Shown here: positions 13,901 to 32,815 of the stretch, one piece after another | How the letters are laid out: each line of letters begins with the position of its first letter | How positions within the stretch are numbered: the stretch's first letter is position 1 | From: Lingula anatina | Taxonomy: Eukaryota; Animalia; Brachiopoda | Direction of reading: 5' to 3' | Assembly: GCA_051362555.1 (NCBI GenBank) | Contig: CM120646.1 | Span: 13,764,001 to 13,828,000 of the forward strand | Length of the DNA stretch: 64,000 nucleotides | Made by a program: the position numbers and the translations under genes | The notes under the pieces: generated by a model | Databases searched by the model: none | What the model was told of the DNA's origin: nothing | Seen by the model: only the letters and a program-made list of their open reading frames with translations

Positions 13901-16154
13901 TGAACCCAAACACCCCACCTTACCAATTTCGGTTTACACCAGCCAAACTTAGAGAAGTGAAAGAAGATTTACTGCGGCGGGGGATCGTCAGTGAAGAACT
14001 TCTTCAGTGCCTTTGGGATGATTTCAAGATGAAGGACCAAGAGGTGGATACCATGCGTTGTCTGCTTACTCACCTGGAGCTATGCTATGAAGTACCTCCA
14101 GAGATTGAAGGTGGTAGCCTCAGCCTTCATTTCCCCTGGTTGTTGACATCTGACATCCCTGATACCTTGGCAACCCGCTGGCCAGACCAGGTGCCCCCTG
14201 AACAGACACAGCTGACCTTGGAAGTACACTTCAATGTGCCATGTCCCATTGGTTTCTTTGAGAGAACCTCCGTGGCACTTCACAAACATCTGGGCATCTT
14301 CAAGACAACTCGTGAAGATTGGCTGGATGGTATCGTCTCACAGGTGGCACACGACCACATCCTCCTGAGGCGCTCCAGCAACCGTATAGTGTTTGCCATC
14401 AGAGGGCCCCGACTTCCTCCAATGTGGACGTTCTTGATTAAGATGTCCGAGCAGATGGGCATGTTTGTGGACAGAGAATGGCCTGGTGTGATATGTGATA
14501 TGTACCTTGTGTGCCCTCACTGTGTTCAAACACAGGTGGCTGAAGACAGCTGCACTCGATTCCCAGCAGAAGTCCTGAAGCAATATGAAGTCTCAGCAGA
14601 AAACTTTCCGTGCCAGAATGCCCCTCCCTCCTGTTTGATTCCTGCCTTCCTGGTGACCCCATATGCACCAGGTAATTCTTATATGTCTTTGTTCGATATG
14701 AAGCATTTGCTGAATACTGAAAAAAAATTAAAATGGTGTTCCCAACTATACAGTGTGTCTGATTGTCTAAGACTAAAAGTTGTTAACGTACCCATGTCAA
14801 CAAGAACTAGCCCACAGTTTCACCTACTGAGAGTTTAAAGCTAAGATCAGCAAAATTACTTCTTGTAAGCAATTACTTAAGCCCCCTTTACAGTAGACGG
14901 CGTCGTTTCTGCGTCCAGCAGTACGGCCCCGTTTGAGAGTTTAAAAATTGTAATATTTTACGTGCCGACAACTGGCCGATCATTGAGCATTCATTCTGAT
15001 ACAAAATCAGTGCTCTTGCCTCCTTATTAAGACCACAGCGATGCCAAATTTCATGGTCGCAGAAAGGACGCTGTCCAGTGTAAAGGGGGTATTAATATTT
15101 ATTGTGTTTCAGACCTGGGGTTCATGACCAGAACCAACCGTGAAGCCTTGCGGAGAATGAGGCTGAACATTGTCCATGATACAACCGAACCAGCCGTAAA
15201 GAATATTTTAGATTGGCTCAACCAGGAAGGGGTAAGCCACATTACAATAATGTAGATCCTTATATTTGTGTATATAACATGTTCATATTTTATAGGTCCA
15301 TTAATATTGAAACTACCCATATGAATTCAAGAGTGGTATGATAAAATGGATATCAACTGAAATTGCTATTTTGATAAGATGAAATTTGTTTGAGATGATG
15401 CAATGAAAAAACTATGAGATGTATGGTACAAGCATAAATTTCATGAAGTTTAACAGAAAATTTATTACTTATATGTAATTTAAAATAAGTCCTTTTATGT
15501 CATGGGTAATGGTGAATTTCCCATATCCAGGTATTATCAGACAGAGAGATGGAGGATATCAGATGTATTGGTTCAACTGAAGACACCCCAGATATGGTGG
15601 CAAGACTTCTGGATATGTTGCCTGGGAAAGGTGACCGAGCTTTCCACCTTTTCTGTGAGGGCCTCAGAGACAATGGCTACCCTCACGTGTGCAATGCCTT
15701 GCTGTAAGTTAGGAGATATTATTTTTTGTAATTTATTTATTTATTTTTTTTTGTGTGACATGGTTTGGTGTCTGTTCCTTTACACTGTGCTTGAAAGAAA
15801 GAACTTCGAAAAGGGAAGCGGATTAGTTCAGTGAAGTTGTAAGTTTTTTTTTTTGAAAAATTTCATCCAAGGTGAAATGTAAGATGGAAAAGAAAATAAA
15901 TTGAAAGTTGGTCAGCACAGGATGATTGATGCTTAATTTCCTTGTTTTTTTTTGGTTTTGTTTTTTTTTGTGAACTGAAGGTTTTGGAAACTAGACTAAG
16001 TACTACATTGCCAGAACTGTTATTCCAGTACCTGTAGTTATATTGACTATATGAACAAAATGTGCCTCTTTATATCAAATGATATATTTTAATATCATTT
16101 CTGAGTAAAACCAAAATTCCACTTTTCTGTTCCAGGAACCCGCCTTCAACCTAA
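10951..16154 (+). CDS. MFHAS1-like ROCO protein: LRR-ROC-COR plus C-terminal CARD
   Basis: Exons 10951-11028 (MATSDPFSDP..), 11268-11313, 11693-14671, 15113-15231, 15531-15703, 16136-16154 (TAA) are phase-compatible. Contains many LxxLxLxxNxL repeats, P-loop GETTAGKTS, G3 DFGGH, G4-like ATHAD and COR-end EWPGV..LVCPHC. Exons 4-5 encode a CARD-like REALRRMRLNIVHD..ILDWLNQEGVLSDREMEDI..RLLDMLPGKGDRAFHLFCEGLRD. Confidence 0.88.
14880..15091. mobile_element. MITE, PIF/Harbinger-like (~212 bp), in the intron between the COR and CARD exons
   Basis: Imperfect ~32-bp terminal inverted repeats, CCCCCTTTACAGTAGACGGCGTCGTTTCTGCG and CGCAGAAAGGACGCTGTCCAGTGTAAAGGGGG, with TTA on both flanks (14877-79, 15092-94). 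Confidence 0.7.
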
Positions 16155-16452
16155 AAGATGAGGTTTGGAGAACAGAATGGTTACATCTGAAAGATTCATT
16201 CATAAAGTGGAATTCTGAAAATTGACAATTTTTTTAGTTTTTGTGTCCAAGTTATTAACTGAACAACTTGATAAGTCAGTGTCTGCCATCTTTTCCAGGA
16301 ACCCGCCTTCAACCTAAAAGATGAGGTTTGGAGAACAGAATGGTTACATCTGAAAGATTCATTCATAAAGTGGAATTCTGAAAATTGACAATTTTTTTAG
16401 TTTTTGTGTCCAAGTTATTAACTGAACAACTTGATAAGTCAGTGTCTGCCAT
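16130..16452 (+). repeat. Tandem direct duplication (~160 bp, period 163) of the ROCO terminal exon start
   Basis: TTCCAG|GAACCCGCCTTCAACCTAA...GTGTCTGCCAT occurs at 16130-16289 and again at 16293-16452. Confidence 0.92.
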
Positions 16453-17273
16453 TGATGGCACTGGTGACACACCTGTCACAATTATCATTGCCTTTATTTG
16501 ACACATTATTGGTGCTTTAAGCGTAAATATATATTTTTATGTGCAGCAGTAAATCAATCTATTCAAGCAGAGATCTCTATTTATATATAAGCAGAGATTG
16601 CTATTATGTGAAATATTTTATTATGTGAACTTAAACCTCGTGCAAGGTACGTGATAAATTAAGTTAATCCCAAAACTGTATTTCTGTCTGTGTCTTAGTA
16701 AATATGTCATGACTTATATTGCAAATATAAGTAATATTACAAATGATGATAAAGAAAAAAGTGGGATGGATGCTCACATTATTTTGGTTAAATGTATTTT
16801 TCTTGGATTGGTTTTTCTACTGAAATGCCAAATTAGTCAGTGTTATTTAGAAAAGTATCACAGTAAATAGTTTGCTTGTAAGTGGTTAGCTCATAATCAG
16901 TAAATTTGTTATGTAACAATAAAATGGCTTACAAAAGTCGGTGTTCAAATGTCTATTTATATATCATTAATAAAAATGTCTGCACTTTTTGATAGAAAAA
17001 ACATGCCATGACAAATCCATGAGCAATAAAATCAATTTGAAATAAACAAAGACGTGAGTTTTTCAAAATTGTTTAGTTAAGTAACAAACAGAAATAGTTA
17101 GTGTGCATATTGCATATTTTAAGTGAGTACAACCTACATAAAATGTCAGTCTGTATATGGCCTGCGAGAGCGCGTGGAGCTGCCTGCTGAAGCGGGGCCT
17201 CTTGAGGCACGTACGTTGTTTGGATGTTACCCGTACTTGTTGAAGTCGGTACTTCACGCCATCGATTGAAAAA

Positions 17274-24503
<7,230 letters not shown>

Positions 24504-27500
24504 CACATGTATTATGTAGTTATGAACCGTGATAATTTTTTACTGGCTTGGGTTAAATAAAGGACTATTAGATCAATGGAATAAAATCACGTACAGCAAC
24601 AATTCCATGACATTTTCTAGTGCACTGATCAAGCATAAAAGATGGCCATCTTGTTTTCTACATTGTTTAAAAAATTAAAATTCTGACAAAGCTGTTTGTG
24701 AACACAAAGGGCATGTTTCAGTGTGAATATGGGGTATGTAGTTCTTATGATCTTCATTCATTTATTCATTTGATTTTTAATTTTTTTTTTTGCTTTTGTA
24801 TTAAGGTTATTTTGAAAAAATGAAATAAATGCAATAATTGGTTATCAAACCTGGTACTTTGCCATCTCAAAAATACAAATTTTATTTTCTTTCTTTTTTT
24901 TATTTTACTCTATGATTATTTTACATATGTATTTATGATTAATCATATTTGTTGCTTTTGGTCTTATCATAGTTAAAAAAAGTCCTGTTTGTTGTAAAGA
25001 GAACGCAAAGAGTGTGGATGGGTATTTTCTAACCTTGTAGAACAAACGTAGCATAGAAAAATGGATGCACTGATATATGCACACAGTAATTGCTAAAGAT
25101 AGGTAGACCCAAATCGATTAAGTGTGTTTGTATTATAAACTTGCATTACTTCATCGATCTCTTTCTAGTGTCCTTAATATTGATCATTCTAACACTATTA
25201 TTTTAAAATGATTTTAAAGGAAATGGTACAAAGAAACCAGTTTCCTTTTCAGGTAGCAACCGGGCAGCGCCTCAATAAAATGAGAATGCGAAAGTTTTCA
25301 ATTCAAAGATAAAAAAGAAAAGAAGCATCGAACCTCTCTGTAAATCATTGACTGTATACAAACAAAATTCAAGACTTAAGTTCGCAGACTGGATTTTGCT
25401 TTAAAAAAAGTCTACAATACCCGATGAATAAATTATAAATGAAAAACTGCATCGGGCGCGAAAAGGTAGACAATCATACATTTGCACCAGTACTTCGTAA
25501 AGATAGTGACAGGGCGAACTGGTCCCTAAGGATAATATTAAAGATTAAAAAAATAATAAGGAATCAAAATCTTCAGGGTGGAAAACCCCATTTGTTACAT
25601 ATACATGTACTGTAAATCGCGCCCAGCCTGCCTCATTTCCCAACTATTTTATCTCTTAAGGTTCATTTCGTCTGGAGAAAACTGCTTTACGTTTTGGTAA
25701 ATCCTAAACGATATGCATCTATATAAATCATGCATATGTCATATAATATACCAACACAGTTTTATATATACACATAGAAGAAAGATTATTTATGTCCATC
25801 TAAAATTCGGTGCAAATTTAAATTGTCGAACAAAGAAAATATAAAATAAATGGATCCAGGTGACATCCTTACAATGTGAAGCTAATTTTCAGGCACAGTC
25901 TTAAAGGTAGAGCTTCATCATTCTGAACGCCTTAATAAAAGCAAACATACGCTTGGTCATAGTAAATTCACCCCCTCTGTGTGTGTGGTCTTTACAGTGT
26001 TATATATATTTATTTTTACAGACCAACCCCCCCCCCCCTTTCCAGTACAATTCAAATATCTATGTGAATCAACGCTATGGCGTTGGTCAATTCACTTCGA
26101 CCAATAAAGCGGCAAATGCAGCCCAACATATTAGTAGTGTTTTCTATGCACTGGCTTTACACAGGAGCAAATAACGCATTATGTGTAAAGCCGGCGGCTT
26201 GCTGAGCAAACAGGTGGTTGAATGAAGAGTGAATTAGCCGTGCGGTATTATTACCTACCTACAGCGTTGATGCTGGGGACGGTTTCACGAAGAGCTTTGG
26301 CTGGCCTAGACGTTTTTAAAAACTCGAATTTTTGGGTGTGATTAATTTAGGCTGTAGTCGACTTTACTGAGAATGTCGCGACTCTTTTAACAAAAGTGGC
26401 TAATGTTATAGTTACTTTATTTTTTAGTCTACTACTACAGATTTATCCTGGAATAAAATTGATTTTTTGCAAGCTGGGCATTACTTAATACGGCATTTCA
26501 AGAAAAAATAAATATTCTCTCACTCTCTCTCTCTCTGTTGCATGTGTGGCACATTAAATAATGTCTATGTCAAGGGACTTCTTTATTGTCATATTGTTAT
26601 GCCATTAGTACCAGTAGTGCTGTCTTGCCTCTGTATGCTGATATATGTATACGCTTTTGAAAAATAATGAAAAATCTCTGTACCTTACCTTTAGTTTGCT
26701 GATTATGGCGATTGGCGGTTTCGGTGACAACTATTTGGTGTGACGTCATTAGCCACAGTCGGTAAAGAGAGCAACTCCATGACAGTTGGCTATTATACAC
26801 TGTCCAAGAATGCTCTCTTCATCGCCGGACTTGGGTCAAGATGACCCTGATTGTCTCCATATTCTAGAAAGTTCTGCCCTTCAGATGAAATACGTTCTCG
26901 TTTTCATCAGTTCTGGGAATCTTCTGGCTGCCAAAATACAGATGGTCTGGCGCGGATATTCATCTAAATAACTAGCTAACTTTCTAACCTACTAACTATT
27001 AACTAACTAACTAACTAGAAAACTAACTAACATACTTCCCTTTTTGAAATATCATTATAGGTTCAATGCTTTTATAAAATTCATTATAAAGCTTTGAGTG
27101 TTAAATGCTCTACAATATCCCCAGCCACACAAAAAAATATACAATGTTCTCCCGTCGAATTTGGGGTCCTTTTCGAGCATATCTAACTTCTTGTCTTGTG
27201 CTTATACCTAATTATAACGCCGTGACCAAACTGAGACAAATTGATTACATTTGCTTATGAAACTCATGTTTGTGTAGCTACATTTCGGAACGCAAACAAA
27301 TTCGGGCATTAGTTTCACCTTAGCTTATTCTATAAACATGCTAATAATATTCGACAATTTAGTCCACGTGAAATGAAAACAATAAAGCAATTTTGTGAGC
27401 ATGCATATTCGAACATTATTATTGCAAGAAAAGGTGAGTATATTGATTACATGTGCATGTATATCCCCCATTAACTACATTGACTGTATGCATCAACAAG

Positions 27501-30161
27501 CTAAAGTGATCTGCGTCTGCTAATTTTAGGCGGGAAATAACGCGCGCCCACGCTACCTTCTAACGGCGTGATAAGAAGCTTACCATTCTTACAATTCTGA
27601 TATTAATAAAATGAGATAAAACTTTAGTCTCTCACTCAGCAGTGTACAGGCAATGCATTTTTTATCAACATCCCCACAAAATTTAGCTACACACTGATAC
27701 AATTTTAAGAAACATGGATAAAAACACGCAACTTTATCCAAGAACAACTACAATTCTTTTGCCCAATACCTCAAATCCACCCACCAAACCACACGCTTTC
27801 CTCGGTCAACAAGTGTCCGCCATCATATTGGTCACTTTGCTGCCGTTTGCTTCCTCAAATTGTCAAGTGCTCGAGTACTGGACGCCACCAAGTATCGCGT
27901 TCCTCTTGTCCACATGCCTCTTAATTTAGACATATATGAGTGGTAACACTTAAGAGGTTGAGTGACGCTAACAATGTATACATCACACCGTGTGCTCTGC
28001 AAGGCATGCGAGGGTGCCACTGGACTGAAGGGGGGGGGGGTTGCTTCGTTGTACCTTTGAATTCAAATTCTTTTTCTGTTGTATTATATTTGAACTTTGA
28101 CCCTACATAAGACGTACACTTTAGTAGTTCAAAATTCATCTCATTAAATGGCCTAGTTTCTCAAAGAAAATCAAAGCTTTGAGCAGAAAATTTAGACAGC
28201 AGACGACACCTTGTCTTCTAAAAAAAAAAAAAGCACGTCAATCGCGTAATGTCAATCACCACTCAATCGAACCTTATCAATTATTCATCACTTCATTCAA
28301 AGATAAAACTGTGAAAATACACAACTTAAAATTGTACCTGTTCGATGGGTAAGCCCCGAGAATCCGGACACGCTAAATCTATCTCCGCGTCTAGGTAATG
28401 GACCCTCATTAGCAAATGTGTATAACGGAACAACGCTTTCATAGTGTACTTAGCATTAGTAACGAACGAACGCGTTTCAATCGGTAAGAAAATAATGTAA
28501 AGTGATCGGTATTGTCCCCAAGTTTGTTGAGTTGACACTGGAGGTAGGTGTATAGGACATGGGTGGGGCGGGGAGGAGCGGTGACGTGACACGCTTAAGA
28601 ACAAGCTATCCAACTGGAATGTTGGAAAGGTACTGGTCAGCCACGTTAAAGTGTTTCAAAAAATAAATAAATAAATATATCTATAATAAATAAATAAATC
28701 TACCTCTTAACCCTCGAATCTCTTTGACTCGAACTTGTAAAATGATAAACTGTAAGATACTAATAGTCGAATACCCAGCGGTACACAGACAGACATAATT
28801 ACTTAAAAGTATGCTATGAGCGTTTGCAATTGTGCCATAGTTTGTCTACATGTGGCGTATATCGTACCCTATGCTTGACCAGAACTATATAGGAAATGCA
28901 ACTTACCGTAATTAGGATACAAGTTTGCCTCCTTAACATATAGTAATGTACAAAAAAAAGTATGAAGTGAAGTTTATTACTAGCTTAATCTGTATTTATG
29001 TAAGTTTAATTTGTTCATTTTTGACCTGGATGTTTTTCTATGTTTATTTTGAGAACTCTGATGTTGCAAAACCTGATCCTGAAACACTACGTACTACGAA
29101 GAAGATTGAGCTACTCCTAACTACGTCAATATTTTTAGTTCCTTTCGCATGCAAGACAATAATTGCATTCACCCTGACTCACTATAGGCTGTAAAAAGTC
29201 CTGTCACCTCCCTCAATTAAATGCAAAAATATAGAAAAATTGATTAATTTTCTTTAACTGTTGTCCTATTCAGGGGAACATAAGCGGCTGGTTATGTTTT
29301 AAAAGCGCGGTGACTGTTCGTCAGATTAATCCAGCTTTCGCCGTGTTTCTAACCTATTACTGTCAGTGGTTTTGATCTACCTTACAGTCTACCGGAGGAC
29401 TTCAATGAACTCCACGAACTCCTTGAAATTTGACCTGCATCTTGAGCTTGTACCCCTCCGATCCGGAACGTAGTCCCATGCTAAAATCACTGCCGAACTG
29501 CGGGGCTCTCCCTGGCGATCGGCAACACAAGCCAAAGTGATGAGATGTCCAATTTAAAGTGTGACATCGTTAAGTGCTACCGTGCGTTTTGATGGCCTTC
29601 GACGCCAAAGGCAACATGAGCGCTTAACGGACAATACTCCCTGTTTTCACTGCGGCTTAATCGAGAAGAAAGGCCAACAAAAATTACAGGCAACAAAATG
29701 CAGAAAATCAATCTAGCTTGTTGCTTTAGCGGAGCACGTTTTCATAACATACAACCCCGCTTGAAAGACAGAAACAGTGCCATTGGAGGTAATGACAACA
29801 TGAAAATGTGTCGTACAATGCAATTTCCTGGCCTTATTTGTAATGAAAACAACGCAGAATGTGGATAACGCGAGCGGAACGTTATTTACGCATACACAGG
29901 AGCCGTGTAACTAAAGGGCAAGTAGCCAGGAATCTGAGTGTGTAAACATGAGGGCTAAGTTGTTCTGCCATTGAACAACTATTGATGTACGTTTGAGGGC
30001 AATTAGGCAGTTTTGTAATGACACGTTTTGAAAGAAAACATGAGGCTTATTAGCCATGTAAGGCCGGGGTGAGAAAGGTACAGGTGTCATAGAAGTAGTG
30101 TAGGGCCTACTGCCATAAGACGCTATTTCATAGCATGCACTTAATCACAGATATGCTAGAC

Positions 30162-30162
<1 letters not shown>

Positions 30163-30224
<62 letters not shown>

Positions 30225-30229
30225 TAATA
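30163..30229. repeat. (AAT)n microsatellite
   Basis: Directly visible run. Confidence 0.95.
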
Positions 30230-32069
30230 AAGGAGTGGGGCTTTAGATGGAAATACATCCAGTGTTATATAATTTAGTAAATGAATTCATCGTTTTGCTT
30301 AGTATTCATTTTTTATTAAAAAATATGTTGCTTATCTCCCATACACATATTTAAACCTTTACGCTTGCAGCTACATAACCGTTATCGGTTCATATTTTGA
30401 AAGCATGCAGTGATTCCACTTCAAAAACCCTTCTGACAAACTATGCGTTAGTCTTTTATTCGGAAATACCTGCAATGAAACATAGTAGGGGTAAATATCA
30501 CCATTGCCCGAGGCTCAATAAGTCGACAATACAACATTTCTTAACCTCATTATATTCCGTATTTCAACATATTTGCACTTGTCATTTTCCGTATAGCCTT
30601 TTTTAAATGTAGGACTAAAGTAAAGCGTCACAGAAAGTCACTCACTACCCCAATGGAATTTGTCGATGTTCATATTGTCGATGTTGTGATATTTCTAGTA
30701 AATACGAGTTCCATGCCCGTGCCACAAAAAGAGTTTTTAGAAGACATTCACAGAATTTTCTCTGGCTAATTATGTGCATATTCTGTACCTGATGTTGTGC
30801 ATATCAAGCGATAATTTGTGCATAAAACTGAAGTCATCACTGAGCTTGCCTCTGGTAGAAAGCAAGCAGTGTACATACTTAGTGCCTTAAAATCCTTGTA
30901 TAATTAGTAAAATGAAGGGAAGCATAATTCAACTAAAACTTTTTAACAGATTGAAAAAGTGCGGTGTTTGATGATCGATAAATTCTAGCATGCAAACACG
31001 TGACTATCGTTTTGTATAAAATCAGCAAATAATAATAATTATTATTATTAAAAGTGACTTCGGTCTGATTTTTATAACCATTATTTACAGAGGTGAAGGT
31101 ATCCATCTTTATTATTATCATAAATATAAGAGCATAAAAAACAACGCATCTACGGGTTTAGGGAAGTGCATCTCTGGTTTGGAAGATAAATGCATTTGTT
31201 ATATTAATGTCTTGTTTTGACATTTGTTTGGCGTGTACAGATTGTGATTATGTTATAAGTTGTGATCAACTCCGGAACAGCTAACACATTCAACAACATT
31301 TTGCTTAGATTTGCGATGTTTTGAGCTGGGGCTTGTTTTACAAAAGGATTTTAGCCTGAAATATTGATGTTAACTTAAAACTAAAGAATAAAGGATAAGA
31401 CATAGATATACTGTATAGAAAGAACGTACGTGCAAGGGCAAAAGTAAGAGGAAAGAAAACAAATGACACTTAACTGTACATAATACAAATGAATAGATAA
31501 TTACAATGTACAATTAAAAACAATGTACTCGAATAACTCGAATTATTCTTCAAGCCGTTTCATCGACTTATTAGTAAACATTGGTTAAAAAATGCGCTGT
31601 AATTGCAAAATGCGTATTCACGCTTATCTTTGGTAACAAAATTCGGTCCTTAAGTCATGTTGCTTCTTGGTAATGTGTTTACACGGTAGATATCAAAGTG
31701 CATTGGCGTTCGGAAGGCTTGGCCGTTATCTCTACCGGTAAATCATTAGGTCCGTACTCGTATATTATTATCACTGTGTTCAATAGCTCATCAATCCTTT
31801 GTATTTGATTATATCTAACTGAAAAATGAGAACCAGGAAATTTTTCCATGTTGCAGATTTATCATCACATATAAATCATTAGGGACAAGCTTCCGTAGTG
31901 TTAAGTTCAGGACAAGGTTAGGCTGGGGCTCAGCTAAGGCGAGGTTTGATAACCACAGTGGAAACACGAAGAACTGCTCAAAAAGAAAGAAAGAAAGAAA
32001 TTCAAAAATAAATTGAGAAACAAAAGAAACATATATATATCCAGTGAAACCAGTGAACACAGAACGATG

Positions 32070-32070
<1 letters not shown>

Positions 32071-32131
<61 letters not shown>
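32071..32131. repeat. (TA)n microsatellite
   Basis: Directly visible run. Confidence 0.95.
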
Positions 32132-32133
<2 letters not shown>

Positions 32134-32815
32134 CGTTATTATAACGTTTATATAACAAAAAAAAAAAAAAAAAACGTTGTTGCAACGCTTTAAATCGTTC
32201 TGTGTTTGCTGGGTAGTACTGTACTTACATACAATATTTCCACTTGAATACCCTAATTGTACCTCCACATATAGTTGTCGAAGTTGTTTCAATCTTTTTT
32301 CACTATTTCAAAAATCTTCTCGAAGATATTGCAGTGGAAGGAGTCAACGAATAAAAAAAAAAAAAAACAAGAAAACACATGTACCACCGAGCAGACGTAT
32401 CTCAAATACAGTGCTCAGTACTATTCATTGCCGAACTGCACATAAAGGTAAACTAAGAGAAGTAATTGATGATAGTATTGTTCAGTAAGCATACAAAAAC
32501 TAAAACATTTATCTCACCATATTTGATGCTACTTTGCCGAAATAAGATAGATGGGGATGTTTTGTTATCAGGAAAATGTAGCAAAATGCTTCTCTTTAAT
32601 TAATGATCATTGGCGCATTCGAGGCTAATGAAACTTTATGGTTTTGTCGTTTCATCAAGACATATTGGCTAAACAAGGTCTGCATGAATTAGTAGGAGAT
32701 TTTCACGACGCAAGAGTACAAAACCAACGGACACGACAGAGAGTATCATTTCTTTGGCATTTGCTTTCACAGCGCTCCAAGCTCAAAGTTGCTTGTTCAC
32801 TTTAACTCTGTTGAC

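Noticed and set aside
12288-14668. Several minus-strand ORFs within the ROCO exon
   Set aside because: Antisense shadows of a long coding exon with no independent motifs.
14672-14838. C-terminal ~55 aa of the 1027-aa ORF
   Set aside because: Read-through past the donor CAG|GTAATT into an intron. The spliced continuation encodes the CARD.
26690-26965. Possible selenoprotein exon with in-frame TGA codons
   Set aside because: Every frame also contains TAA or TAG stops, and I recognised no selenoprotein motif or SECIS element.
31815-32292. ORFs with YIYIYI runs
   Set aside because: Translations of a (TA)n microsatellite.
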